Shown piece after piece: positions 21,860 to 32,884 of a stretch of DNA of 54,872 nucleotides; position 1 is the stretch's first letter; every line of letters begins with the position of its first letter. The notes beneath the pieces were generated by a model, which was not told the DNA's origin, ran no database searches, and was given only the letters and a program-made list of their open reading frames with translations. Origin of the DNA: Sphingomonadaceae bacterium (GTDB taxonomy: Bacteria > Pseudomonadota > Alphaproteobacteria > Sphingomonadales > Sphingomonadaceae); NCBI GenBank assembly GCA_947455865.1, contig CANGQZ010000001.1:1-54872 (forward strand), given 5' to 3'. The translations under genes and the position numbers were made by a program.

Positions 21860-21899
21860 GTTGCGCAGACGTGACGTATCAGTGTCACTCCTGTTACAA
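21860..21899 (-). promoter_or_regulatory. Pho-box-like array (four 7-mers at 11-bp spacing)
   Basis: Minus strand TTGTAAC-agga-GTGACAC-tgat-ACGTCAC-gtct-GCGCAAC upstream of the plcP-like gene. Confidence 0.55.
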
Positions 21900-21939
21900 T
21901 CCCCAGCCAAATGGCGGAATCCCGCGCATGTGACGATTA

Positions 21940-21953
21940 TGCAATCGATTGTT
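21940..21953. promoter_or_regulatory. LacI-type operator upstream of MFS-GH68
   Basis: TGCAATCGATTGTT, exact reverse complement of 14431-14444. Confidence 0.82.
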
Positions 21954-22033
21954 GTCATCGGCCAGCATTTGTGTCATCGGCAGATGCCGGTGCCGAGAGC
22001 CACAGCCAGAAGCGCACCGGGGAGAGCGAAGCC

Positions 22034-23434
22034 ATGGAATTGACCCCGCCCGCGCCCGAAATACGCACACTGGCCCGTCCAGTGCTCTCGCCTTGGCGTA
22101 TCCTTGAGATGAATCTCGGGTTCCTTGGGCTGCAGTTCAGCTTCGGGCTTCAGCAAGGCAACATGGCGCCGATCTATTCATACCTCGGTGCGAACGAAGC
22201 GCAGCTGCCGCTGCTGCAGCTGGCCGGGCCGGTGACCGGGCTGATCATCCAGCCGCTGATTGGCGCGTTCTCAGATCGTACCGGCGGCAAGTGGGGCCGG
22301 CGCACCCCCTATTTCCTGTTCGGCGCGGTCCTCTGCGCGCTGGGCTTATTCCTGATGCCGCTATCCGCCTCGCTCGTCATGGCCGTGTCGGTGCTGTGGC
22401 TGCTTGATGCCGGTAACAACATCACGATGGAGCCCTACCGCGCGTATGTGTCGGACCGGCTCAATCCAGACCAGCGGCAGGCGGGGTTCCTCACCCAGAG
22501 CGCGTTTACCGGGCTCGCCCAGATGCTGGCGTTCGTCACACCCTCGCTCCTCGTGGCGTTCGGGATGAATCAGGACTGGGTCGATCCCCACGGAATTCCC
22601 TACACGGTACGAACGGTGTTCTGGGCTGGCGCGGTGCTGTCCTTCGTCACGATTGTCTGGTCGGTCATCCGCGTGCCTGAATTGCCACTGTCGCCGGCCG
22701 AACAGGCCCGGATTGCAGCCGCGCCAAAAGGCTTCGGCGCCGCGCTGTTTGAAATCGTCGCGGCGATCCGCGACATGCCGGTGGCGATGCGCAAGCTCGG
22801 GATGATGAGCCTGTTTCAGTGGTTCGGGATGTGGGGCTATTGGACTTACGTGGTCTATGTCGTCGCCCGGCAAGTCTATGGCACCGCCGATCCGCACAGT
22901 TCGGGGTTTCACTCGGCGGTGCTGACCAATGGTGAGATGGCCGCCTTCTACAATCTGGTTGCCTTCGGCGCTGCCTTCGCGCTGATGCCGCTGGTGCGCC
23001 GTTTCGGCCCCGGGCCGCTGCACGCACTGTGCCTCGCTGCAGGCGGGATCGGGATCATCGCGCTGCCGCATGTGACGGAGAAGGCGCTCCTGTTCATTCC
23101 CGTTACCGGGATCGGCCTCGCCTGGGGCAGCATCATGGGCAACCCCTATGCGATCCTCAGCAACGCCATCCCGTCCGAGCGCACCGGGGTCTACATGGGC
23201 ATCTTCAACATGATGATCGTGATCCCGATGCTGCTGTTCGGGGTGGTAATGGCCAACGTCGATCTCGGTCCGGTTTCGTTCGGACTCGGTGTTTACGAAA
23301 ACCTGCTCGGCGGCGATCCGCGCAACATGCTGACGCTGTGCGGCGCTTGCCTGCTGGTGGCAGCCGCCTCGGTGCTGTGGGTACGCGAAGGTCGCCCCGG
23401 CCACACCTCGCCGCCGCTCCCCGCCGCCGCCTGA
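22034..23434 (+). CDS. MFS sugar transporter (sucrose/maltose GPH-like)
   Basis: MNLGFLGLQFSFGLQQ, QPLIGAFSDRT, GRRTPY, GVYMGIFN; about 12 TM helices. Confidence 0.9.
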   Translation: MELTPPAPEIRTLARPVLSPWRILEMNLGFLGLQFSFGLQQGNMAPIYSYLGANEAQLPLLQLAGPVTGLIIQPLIGAFSDRTGGKWGRRTPYFLFGAVLCALGLFLMPLSASLVMAVSVLWLLDAGNNITMEPYRAYVSDRLNPDQRQAGFLTQSAFTGLAQMLAFVTPSLLVAFGMNQDWVDPHGIPYTVRTVFWAGAVLSFVTIVWSVIRVPELPLSPAEQARIAAAPKGFGAALFEIVAAIRDMPVAMRKLGMMSLFQWFGMWGYWTYVVYVVARQVYGTADPHSSGFHSAVLTNGEMAAFYNLVAFGAAFALMPLVRRFGPGPLHALCLAAGGIGIIALPHVTEKALLFIPVTGIGLAWGSIMGNPYAILSNAIPSERTGVYMGIFNMMIVIPMLLFGVVMANVDLGPVSFGLGVYENLLGGDPRNMLTLCGACLLVAAASVLWVREGRPGHTSPPLPAAA

Positions 23435-23465
23435 CACATTCGAACCACGGGATAGATTTACAGCA

Positions 23466-24620
23466 ATGTCGAATTCTACGACTGATAACAAACCATTGCA
23501 TGATGAGCGTCCCGCGCTGACCGGCAGTTGGCGGCCCACCAGCTTTGGCCCGGTTGGGCCGGACCGGGCGATTCCCCGCATCGGCGCGGCAGACGTTAGC
23601 CCGCTGGTCCCGGGTCTGGACTTGTGGGATTGTTGGCCGCTCGCGCATTCCGATGGTCGCACCGCCGTGGTCGATGGGCGCTGCTACTGGTTTTTCCTCA
23701 GCGCACCGCAGTTTCCCGATCCGGTCACCCGTCACGGCTTCGCGCGCATCCGCCTGCTATCGCGCGGCGCCGCTGGCGATTGGCGCGATCACGGCAATGC
23801 CTTGCCCGATGGGATGAGCCCCGGCTCACGCGAATGGGCCGGCTCGGCGGTGCTGGGCGAGGGCGGAGCCGTCACGCTGTACTACACCGCCGCCGGTCGA
23901 CGCGGCGAACCCGCCCTGACGTTCGAACAGCGTCTGTTCGCCGCTCATGGCCGCGTCACCGCCGAAGGCATCACCGGCTGGAGCGAGCCCGCCGAACTCG
24001 TCATCGCCGATGGCGCGCGCTATCAGGTCGCCGCCGATCAGACCGAACCCGCCCCCGGCGCCTTGAAGGCGTTTCGCGACCCGTTCTACTTCCGCGATCC
24101 CGCTACCGGGCGGGATCATCTGGTGTTCACCGCCAGCGCCGGCTGGAGCGACAATGCCCACAACGGCATAGTCGGCCTTGCCACTCGCGGCGACGAAGGT
24201 TGGGCGCTCGAAGACCCGCTGGTTGATGCGGTTGGCGTTAACAACGAGCTCGAACGTGCCCAGCTCCATTGGCGCGATGGGCAATATTACCTGTTCTGGT
24301 CGACTCAGACCCACACGTTTGCACCCGGCACCCCCGCCGGGCCCAACGGGCTTTATGGCCTGGTGTCTCACAGTTTGCGCGGGCCGTGGCGGCCGCTCAA
24401 CGGCTCAGGCCTTGTTGCCGCCAACCCGGCGGCCGAACCGGCCCAGTCCTATTCCTGGTGCCTCACCGGCGAAGACGAAGTGTGGAGCTTCGTCGATTAC
24501 TGGGGGATGGCAGGCCGCAATCTTGCCGCGCACCCCGAACTGCTGCGCGCGCAGTTCGGGGGCACGTCGGCACCGGTGTTCCGGCTGAAGTTTGCTGGGG
24601 ATGCGGTGCGGCTCGCCTGA
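23466..24620 (+). CDS. Glycoside hydrolase family 68 (levansucrase/invertase), no signal peptide
   Basis: LWDCWPL (nucleophile), EWAGSA, FRDP, ELER (acid/base), GPNGLYG. Confidence 0.88.
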   Translation: MSNSTTDNKPLHDERPALTGSWRPTSFGPVGPDRAIPRIGAADVSPLVPGLDLWDCWPLAHSDGRTAVVDGRCYWFFLSAPQFPDPVTRHGFARIRLLSRGAAGDWRDHGNALPDGMSPGSREWAGSAVLGEGGAVTLYYTAAGRRGEPALTFEQRLFAAHGRVTAEGITGWSEPAELVIADGARYQVAADQTEPAPGALKAFRDPFYFRDPATGRDHLVFTASAGWSDNAHNGIVGLATRGDEGWALEDPLVDAVGVNNELERAQLHWRDGQYYLFWSTQTHTFAPGTPAGPNGLYGLVSHSLRGPWRPLNGSGLVAANPAAEPAQSYSWCLTGEDEVWSFVDYWGMAGRNLAAHPELLRAQFGGTSAPVFRLKFAGDAVRLA

Positions 24621-24625
24621 TTGCT

Positions 24626-25618
<993 letters not shown>

Positions 25619-25707
25619 GATGATCTCCCGGTGCGAGATCGGCACGGCCGCCAACCCCTCGCTTCAACACCATGAAAGCAGGAACGATCCCCACCGAGTC
25701 AAGCGAT

Positions 25708-26739
25708 TCAGGCGCTTTCGCGGACGATCAGTTCGGGAGCCATCACCGTGGAGGGCACATCTTCTCCGGCGATCCGCCGCATCAGGCTGGCGACCATCGC
25801 TCGTGCCCCTCCGGCGATGTCCTGATGAATGGTCGTGAGTTGCGGCACGGTCTGCGTGGCGAGCGGCAGGTCGTCGAACCCGACCAGCGCGATATCGCCC
25901 GGCACCTTTCGCCCGGTTTCGTGCAGCAGCCGCAGCGTCGCCATCGCGATCACGTCCGAAGCGGCGAAAATACCGTCCACTGCCGGGTCCATCTGGGTCA
26001 GGTCAGAGGCGATCTGGTCGCTCATTTCCTGCGCCGAGAGGTGGGTGGGATAAGCCTCGATCACCGCGCCGGTGCCGCTTTCGGCCGCTTCCGCGCGCGC
26101 GCCGTCCAGCCGCTGCTCGATCTCCAGCCCGCGCGTGTCGCCAAAGAAGGCGAGACGGCGGCAGCCGCGCGCGATCAGGTGCCGGGCGGCGAGCCGTCCG
26201 CCGGCAAAGCTGTCGGTGCCGACCACGCAGTGTTTCTGGCCCTCGCGCCAGGTGCCCCACACCACCAGCGGGCGGTAAATCTCGGCGATCCGTTCGATCG
26301 TCTCGATTTGGTTCGATTGGCCGATCATCAGCACGCCGTCGAGCATCCCCGAATCGACGATCCGCTCCAACCAGTCCACTTTCTGCGCCGGGATCACCCG
26401 GCTCAGCATCAGTTCATAGCCGCCCTCGGTCAGCTCGTCGGCGAGATGGCCCAGCAAGGTCATGAAGAACGGGTCGGAAATATGCTGCTTCTGCTCGTGG
26501 CCCAACGGGATGACCACGCCGATCACTCCGGTCTGGCCGGTGCGCAGCCGGCTGGCCATCTGGTTGGGGCGAAAGCCATGTTCGCGGGCCAGCGCCTGAA
26601 TCCGCTCGCGCGTCTCGCGGTTGACGAGGTCCTTGCCCGCCAGCGCGCGCGATACTGTTCCTGCCGAAACCCCCGCCAGCTTGGCCAGTTCCGAGATGTT
26701 GCGGATGCGGTGGGGTTTCTCGGCGGTATCTGATGCCAT
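25708..26739 (-). CDS. LacI family transcriptional regulator
   Basis: ISELAKLAGVSAGTVSRAL HTH, FRPNQMASRL hinge, VGFDD. Confidence 0.95.
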   Translation of the reverse strand: MASDTAEKPHRIRNISELAKLAGVSAGTVSRALAGKDLVNRETRERIQALAREHGFRPNQMASRLRTGQTGVIGVVIPLGHEQKQHISDPFFMTLLGHLADELTEGGYELMLSRVIPAQKVDWLERIVDSGMLDGVLMIGQSNQIETIERIAEIYRPLVVWGTWREGQKHCVVGTDSFAGGRLAARHLIARGCRRLAFFGDTRGLEIEQRLDGARAEAAESGTGAVIEAYPTHLSAQEMSDQIASDLTQMDPAVDGIFAASDVIAMATLRLLHETGRKVPGDIALVGFDDLPLATQTVPQLTTIHQDIAGGARAMVASLMRRIAGEDVPSTVMAPELIVRESA

Positions 26740-26830
26740 GCGGTGCATACCCATTAATCCGGATCGGGCACCGGGCTACCCGCGCAGAAAGTGTCGTTCC
26801 GCGCTGGCACCCCTATTGCCGATCAAAGAC

Positions 26831-27745
26831 TTACGGCGCAGATGCGGCTTGTGCAATGGCCTGTCGGCCAAGTTCCACCGCTCCGGTGATCCCGGCATCG
26901 TCACCCAGCATCGGGCCGACGATATAGCTGGCCAGCCCGGGATCGAGCCGGGGGTGGACGACATAGCCTGCGAGGCGCATTTCCGTAATCCGGCGTAACG
27001 CTTCCAGCATCCCCGGCGCCTTCATCACCCCGCCGCCAAACGCCAGCCGGTCGGGCGCGTGAAGCAGGATCAAGGTCATTGCCAGATCGGCCAGATAGCC
27101 CGCAATCAGTTCCACCGCTGCGGCCGGATCGACCATCTCGTCAAGACCCCGCCCGAACCGTGCCTTGATTGCCGGACCACACGCCAGCCCTTCCAGGCAA
27201 TCGCCGTGATAGGGGCACGAACCTGCAAAGGAATCGCACGCCGGATCGCGGGGCACGCGCAAGTGTCCGCTCTCGTAATGGCTGAATCCGGCGAGCGGCC
27301 GACCCGCCTGCACCACGCCGGTGCCGATCCCGGTGCCGACGGTGGTATAAGCCAGCGTGCGGCAGCCTCTGCCTGCGCCAGCCAGACATTCGCCCAATGC
27401 GGCGGCGTTGACGTCGGTATCGACCATCAGCGGCACAGCGAATTCGCCCAGCGCCTCGGCAAAGCGTGCGCCGGACCAACCCGGTTTCGGGGTGGTGGTG
27501 ATCGTGCCATAGGTTGGCGATGTGGGATCGATGTCGAGCGGGCCGAAGCTGCCTACGCCGAACCCGCCGATCGGCCCATGGATAGCTGCGGCAGCCCGGA
27601 AGAACGCGGCCACTTCGGGCAGCGTTTCTGCGGCGGTGCGGGTTTCCACCCGCTCGCGCCGCAGGATCGTGCCGTCCTGCCGGGCCAGCGCAAGGACGAA
27701 CTTGGTCCCGCCCGCTTCGATCGCGCCTATCAGAGGTTCGCTCAT
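26831..27745 (-). CDS. ROK family fructokinase
   Basis: IEAGGTKF, GSFGP, TTPKPGW, DTDVNAAA, CPYHGDCLEGLACG. Confidence 0.9.
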   Translation of the reverse strand: MSEPLIGAIEAGGTKFVLALARQDGTILRRERVETRTAAETLPEVAAFFRAAAAIHGPIGGFGVGSFGPLDIDPTSPTYGTITTTPKPGWSGARFAEALGEFAVPLMVDTDVNAAALGECLAGAGRGCRTLAYTTVGTGIGTGVVQAGRPLAGFSHYESGHLRVPRDPACDSFAGSCPYHGDCLEGLACGPAIKARFGRGLDEMVDPAAAVELIAGYLADLAMTLILLHAPDRLAFGGGVMKAPGMLEALRRITEMRLAGYVVHPRLDPGLASYIVGPMLGDDAGITGAVELGRQAIAQAASAP

Positions 27746-27803
27746 GTCCTCGTGCCTAGCATTGCCTGTCCCGCGGTGACAGATGCCGCGCGTGAGTAGA
27801 TTT

Positions 27804-27817
27804 TGCAATCGATTGTT
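27804..27817. promoter_or_regulatory. LacI-type operator upstream of the ROK kinase and LacI genes
   Basis: TGCAATCGATTGTT, identical to 21940-21953. Confidence 0.82.
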
Positions 27818-27876
27818 ATCACCCGATCGCCGCGACCGGCTTGTCGCGTTCGCAAGCTGCGCCTAGCACGGCGGCG

Positions 27877-29031
27877 ATGATCGCTGCCGTCTCTCCATAT
27901 CACTCCATCGCGCTAAGCCGCCTGTCGCATGACCTCGCTGCCGCCGGGCTCGATGTGATCCACATGGAATTCGGCCAGCCTTCCACCGGCGCGCCGGCCG
28001 CTGCCATCGCCGAGGCGCACCACGTGCTCGATACCGATCCCATGGGCTACTGGGAAAGCAACGCGCTCAAGGAGCGGATCGCGCGCCACTATGCCGAGGC
28101 ATACGGGGTCATGGTCGGGCGCGAACAAGTGCTGCTGACGTGCGGTGCGTCGCCCGGGCTGGTCCTCGCGCTGCAATGCCTTTTCGCACCGGGCGCGCGG
28201 GTGGCGTTGGCCCGGCCCGGCTATGTTGCTTATCGCAACACCCTGCGTTCGCTTTACCTCGAACCGGTCGAGCTGGCCTGCGGTCCGGAAGAACGCTTCC
28301 AGATCACCGCCGCCGCAATGGCCGCGCTCGATCCTGCGCCAGATGGGCTGATCATTGCCAGCCCGGCCAACCCCACCGGAACGATCATACCCGATGCCGA
28401 ACTGGCGGCCATCGCCAATGTATGCCGGGCACGCGGGATCAAGGTGGTCTCGGACGAAATTTACCACCGCCTCAGCTTCGGCGCGCCGGCTGGCTCGATG
28501 CTGCAGCACTTGCCTGATGCGCTGGTGGTCAACAGTTTTTCCAAGTATTTCAGTATGCCCGGCTGGCGGCTCGGCTGGGTGGTGCTGCCGGAAGCGCTGA
28601 TTGATCCGGCGCGGGCGCGGATGGGCAGCTTGTTCCTGACGCCGCCGGTGATCGCCCAACGCGCCGGCCTCGTGGCGTTCGATTGCACCGCCGAGCTCGA
28701 TGACAACCTTGCCACCTATGCCGCCAACCGCGCGCTTCTGCTGGAAGCGCTGCCTGCGCTTGGGCTTAGCCGCGTTGCTCCGCCCGACGGTGCCTTCTAC
28801 ATTTACGCCGATATCGGCCACCTGACTTCGGACAGCCGCGCCTTCTGCGAGCGGCTCTTGCGCGAAACCGGGGTCTGCACCGCGCCGGGGATCGATTTCG
28901 ATCCGGTTGATGGCGGCCGGTTCATGCGCTTCAGTTTCGCGGTCTCGACCCCGCTGGTAGAGGCGGCGCTGGCCCGGCTTGCGCCATGGTTTGCTGCACA
29001 GCAACAGGCAGTGGCGCGCACCGCGGCCTGA
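27877..29031 (+). CDS. Class I/II PLP-dependent aminotransferase
   Basis: SPANPTG, SDEIYH, NSFSKYFSMPGWRLGW. Confidence 0.92.
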   Translation: MIAAVSPYHSIALSRLSHDLAAAGLDVIHMEFGQPSTGAPAAAIAEAHHVLDTDPMGYWESNALKERIARHYAEAYGVMVGREQVLLTCGASPGLVLALQCLFAPGARVALARPGYVAYRNTLRSLYLEPVELACGPEERFQITAAAMAALDPAPDGLIIASPANPTGTIIPDAELAAIANVCRARGIKVVSDEIYHRLSFGAPAGSMLQHLPDALVVNSFSKYFSMPGWRLGWVVLPEALIDPARARMGSLFLTPPVIAQRAGLVAFDCTAELDDNLATYAANRALLLEALPALGLSRVAPPDGAFYIYADIGHLTSDSRAFCERLLRETGVCTAPGIDFDPVDGGRFMRFSFAVSTPLVEAALARLAPWFAAQQQAVARTAA

Positions 29032-29203
29032 CCGCTACCGTTGCCCCGCATGCCTCGTGGGAACCGAAGCGTCTGTCGCACGTTTCGGAAAAGGCGGCGC
29101 GCTTTCACTTTGCCTTCACGAACGGTTCAGGTGCCGTCGCAAAGTGATACGCCTGCCCCAACTGCGGTGTTTCCCGCGATTGACAGCGCGCCTTGCCGAA
29201 CGA

Positions 29204-29722
29204 ATGCTTGCTGCGATGCAACAGGAGCAGTCCAAAGTGGACCAATTCGACCGGGATCACCAAGCAGGAGAGGCGGGCGACAACGCCCCGCTGTCCGACG
29301 TGGCATGGCGCCGCCAGCTCGCCGAGCTGGCGCTGGCTTGCGCCGGCGCATTTCCGGGCGAGGAGCCGGCACGCATCCGCGAAATCCGGGTGCTGCTCGC
29401 CTCGGTGCCGCAGATCGGTCAGATCGCCGGGCTGACCGTGCCGGAGCCAGCCCGGATCGAGGCTCTGCTCGCCGCTGGCGCTGGCGAATCCGCCGTGCTT
29501 GCGCTTTTCGGCGGAGAGGCGGGCTATCTTCTATCGCGCGGCGCAGCCGGTCAGCATCTCGCCTCGGTCATCCTGCCGGGGTCTGCCGAGGAAGTCACCG
29601 CCGGCGGCGATAGCCTGGTGCTGGCACTCATCGGGGCGCTGGCACTGGCGCTGTCAGAAACGACACCCGGCGCCGCGATGGTGCCCGAATCCCGCCCGCG
29701 CGACGGACTGCGGCTGAACTAG
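29204..29722 (+). CDS. Hypothetical protein
   Basis: High-GC3 ORF, GYLLSRG..HLASVILPG; no family recognised; start uncertain. Confidence 0.55.
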   Translation: MLAAMQQEQSKVDQFDRDHQAGEAGDNAPLSDVAWRRQLAELALACAGAFPGEEPARIREIRVLLASVPQIGQIAGLTVPEPARIEALLAAGAGESAVLALFGGEAGYLLSRGAAGQHLASVILPGSAEEVTAGGDSLVLALIGALALALSETTPGAAMVPESRPRDGLRLN

Positions 29723-29856
29723 ACCATCAATAGGAAAAGCGGGTACCTGATTTTCGCAATTAGCGATGCGAGAACAATACTTTGGGTCAATGCCCTGTCC
29801 AAGCGGTACCTTAACGCCGGGCGTGGCGCACAGCCGCCACCGGGCAACCCACACCT

Positions 29857-30459
29857 TCAGTTCACAATCGCCGCCTCGATCGCGATGCGGATGGCTTCCG
29901 ATGTGTGGTTTGCGCCCATCTTGTTGAGCATGTTGGCGCGGTGAATTTCTACAGTGCGCGGGCTGATCTTGAGCTTTTCGCCGATGAGGCGGTTGCTGAG
30001 CCCCCCGGCCACCCCGGCCAGCACTTCGCGCTCGCGCCGAGTCAGGCGTTCGACCCGGCTGCGCGCCACCGCTTCGCGCAGCTTGCTCCCTGCGACCGAG
30101 AGCGAGCGATCTTCCGCCACTTTCATGCTGTCGACCAGTTCCTGCTCGTCGAACGGCCAGACCAGATAGTCGACGGCGCCCTGCAGCACCGCCTCGACAA
30201 TGCGCCGGGTGGTTGGCGCTTCGGCGAACGCGATGATCGGGAGCCAATCGCCGGTGCGGCCCATGTGCTCAAGCAGCAGGGTGATCACGTTGGTGCTGTC
30301 ATGCACCAGCAGCAGCCCGTCGCGCGGCCAGCGCGAAAACAGCTCAGAGCTGTCTTCGAATGGCTCGACGTGGAGCCCGCTGCCCGAAAGGCAGTGCGAA
30401 ATGGCGGCCCGACGGCGAAAATCACCGTCAACGAGGAGGAGGTTGCTGCGTCTGCTCAT
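29857..30459 (-). CDS. FixJ-like LuxR response regulator with a degenerate receiver domain
   Basis: LTRREREVL..NRLIGEKLKISPRTVEIHRANML HTH; GAVDYLVWP where KP is expected. Confidence 0.85.
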   Translation of the reverse strand: MSRRSNLLLVDGDFRRRAAISHCLSGSGLHVEPFEDSSELFSRWPRDGLLLVHDSTNVITLLLEHMGRTGDWLPIIAFAEAPTTRRIVEAVLQGAVDYLVWPFDEQELVDSMKVAEDRSLSVAGSKLREAVARSRVERLTRREREVLAGVAGGLSNRLIGEKLKISPRTVEIHRANMLNKMGANHTSEAIRIAIEAAIVN

Positions 30460-30656
30460 GGGAGAAATTCTTACCGAATCGCGCGTAGGTGTTACACCTG
30501 AGACGCGTCCAGTTTGGATAGATGATGTCTCCGAAGCGAATGCAATTGCGGTAAAGGCCGATTTGCCCGTTAACCACGTAATATCCCATAGCTATGGCCA
30601 AGATAACCCAAGCAGTGCCCGGGCGATTAACCGGCAAATCGGATGCACTTGCGCTT

Positions 30657-31046
30657 TCAGTTCGGCGCTGCGGGCACCGTCAGGGTTGCGGAGATCTCGA
30701 TGAAATCTTGCCGAACCTGGTTAACGCGCGCCGGATCGAACGCGAGCACGCAATCGAGGAGCGAGCGCCGCGCTGCCTCGTAGAACAGGCGCAGCGCTGG
30801 CGCGATGCCGTTATCGCCCTTCACCCCAAGGTGGAGCGCGGTTAGCGCCGCCACGCCGCGGGTCAGGGCTGCGCTCTTGGCCGCCGTATCCCCGCAGCCG
30901 TGGGCATAGAGCGCAGAGCCCAGCGCCGCGATTAGGTGTTCATAGCACAGCCCCACCAATTGCATCGGATCGGCGCCGCTGACGCGCGCGTCGAACTCCA
31001 CCCGGCGGTAGGTGTCTTGGGGGGTGCGGCGGGCAAGCATGGTCAT
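30657..31046 (-). CDS. fliS: Flagellar export chaperone FliS-like protein
   Basis: YRRVEFDARVSGADPMQLVGLCYE; directly downstream of fliD. Confidence 0.75.
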   Translation of the reverse strand: MTMLARRTPQDTYRRVEFDARVSGADPMQLVGLCYEHLIAALGSALYAHGCGDTAAKSAALTRGVAALTALHLGVKGDNGIAPALRLFYEAARRSLLDCVLAFDPARVNQVRQDFIEISATLTVPAAPN

Positions 31047-31065
31047 CGGTCAGGTTCCCTGGGCA

Positions 31066-32059
31066 TCAATTGCCGGACTTGTTCCACGCGGCGATCTGGT
31101 TCTTGAGGAAGTCCAGCGTCGAGGTTGAGGCGCTGACCGCGGATTGGGTGGCGGAGAAGCGCACAACGAACTGCTGGCGCAGCGCCTCCTGTTTGTCGGC
31201 CAGATCGGCCAGATCGCTCGCAGCCTTGGTTTTCTGGCTGGTATAGCGAGCGATCCCGCCGGCGAGCGAGCCGGGATCGGACGCCGCACTGGCCTTGCGG
31301 TACAGCGCATCGACCGTGCTGTAGACCCCATGGATGCCGTTGGTGAACATCGCTGCAGCCCCGTTGGGATCGGCCTTCAGCGTTGCCGCCAGCCGCGCCC
31401 CGTCGAGCAGGAAGGTGCCGTCGCGCTGGGTCGAAAGGCCAAGATCGGCCAGCGTGCGCGGCGCACCGGTTGCGGCATTTGGCATAACGATGCTGCCGGC
31501 CAACTGCGCCAGCGCGCGCTTGAGCGCAAGCGCGCCGCCATCGCGGGCCAGATCGCCGCTCACCGGATCGGTTGCAGCCTTGAGCTGGGCGACGATCTCG
31601 TTGAGCGCTCCGGTCAGGTCCTGCATCGCGGTGGTGATCGCGGCGGTATTGTCGGCAAACGCCAGCGTGGTCGGCGCGCCGGTGTTGGTCGCGGTCAGTG
31701 TCAGGTTCAGTCCGGGGAGCGCCTCGTTGACTGTGTTGGAAGGGCTGCTCATTGTCAGCCCATCGATCTTGAACGCTGCGCTCTGCGCGCTCGAGAGCAA
31801 CCGGGTGTGGCGAAAGGTCGCCGCTGCGCACCCGGTCACCCAGCGAGGTGTCAAGCGCGAGCAGCGCCGACTTGAGGTTGCTGGCCCCCGAAATCTGCTT
31901 GTCGAGAGTGCCCGCCTTGGTCGTCAGCCGGTCGGTCTTGGCGGCAAACTGTGCTGCGGCTAAGTTGGTCGCCAGCGTATTCCAGTCGATCCCGCTGCTG
32001 CCATTCAGTGCGGTCAGGATCGAGCTCGCGGTTGAGCTTCCGGTGGCAGAGGTGGACAT
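31066..32059 (-). pseudogene. fliD: Flagellar filament cap protein with internal deletion and frameshift
   Basis: N-terminal frame (GSSGIDWNTLATNL..KQISGASNLKSAL) switches near 31805 to the C-terminal frame (AQSAAFKIDG..SNTV..PGLNLTL..STLDFLKNQIAAWN); only about 330 codons in total. Confidence 0.8.
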
Positions 32060-32105
32060 GCCCTTCAGGACGGTCTTGGGGCGCCGGATTTAAGCGCTTT
32101 GCCGC

Positions 32106-32843
32106 TTAGCGGATGTCCTTGTAACCCTTCGTGGCTGGCTTGCCGCGAAACATGATCGAACAATAGTTGAGGAAGTAAATTCCGGCGATTTTCAGAAATC
32201 CCTGCTCCTGCATCCGCCGGCCCGATGTCGGCATCACCAGCCGGGGTGAAAACCGCACTTTGCCGTGTTTCCCGGCGCGCCGGGCGATGTCGACATCCTC
32301 GCCATAGAATTCGATCGACTTGTCGAAACCGCCCATCTTGTCCAGCACCGTGCGGCGGATCGCGAAATTGCCGCCAACCACGATCGAACCGGCGATCCCC
32401 GAAAGCGGCCGCGCCACCACGAACCACCCATTCGAGACCAGATTGCGCAGCCCGTCGAGGTCATAGAAGCTGTACGGACCCGACAGGCAGGCAAGGTCGT
32501 CGCGGGCGGCAAACTGTTCGGTGATCTGCTCGATCCAGCCCGGTGGCGGGCGCGTATCGGCGTCGACAAAGGCCAGAATGTCGCCGGTGGAGCCCAGCAG
32601 ACCACGCTGGCGAGCGCGGGTGATCCCCTTTTGCTCTTCGAACAGATAGGTAACGCCCGGATAGCGCGAGATGACTTGCATAGTGCTGTCGGTGCTGTTG
32701 TTGTCGACCACGATCACTTCGTGGGCCTGCCCCGCAACGTTGGCCATCACTGCATCGAGGCAGCCGGGAAGATAGGCTTCTTCGTTGAAGGCGGGGATGA
32801 TCAGACTGATCGTCGCCCTGGGCGTTGGGGGGATGGCAGCCAT
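32106..32843 (-). CDS. GT2 family glycosyltransferase
   Basis: IIPAFNEE, VVDNNSTD, FVDADT, GGNFAIRR, YGEDVD. Confidence 0.9.
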   Translation of the reverse strand: MAAIPPTPRATISLIIPAFNEEAYLPGCLDAVMANVAGQAHEVIVVDNNSTDSTMQVISRYPGVTYLFEEQKGITRARQRGLLGSTGDILAFVDADTRPPPGWIEQITEQFAARDDLACLSGPYSFYDLDGLRNLVSNGWFVVARPLSGIAGSIVVGGNFAIRRTVLDKMGGFDKSIEFYGEDVDIARRAGKHGKVRFSPRLVMPTSGRRMQEQGFLKIAGIYFLNYCSIMFRGKPATKGYKDIR

Positions 32844-32884
32844 GCTCTCGCCAATGCCGGACAAACGCGCAACCTGCCAGCCTA

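Noticed and set aside
31043-32059. 338-aa ORF as an intact protein, or a programmed frameshift in fliD
   Set aside because: After about 84 residues it reads as out-of-frame sequence; no slippery site is evident and the combined length is too short for FliD.
32063-32095. Sigma28 promoter upstream of fliD
   Set aside because: TAAA is present but the -10 match to GCCGATAA is too weak to call.
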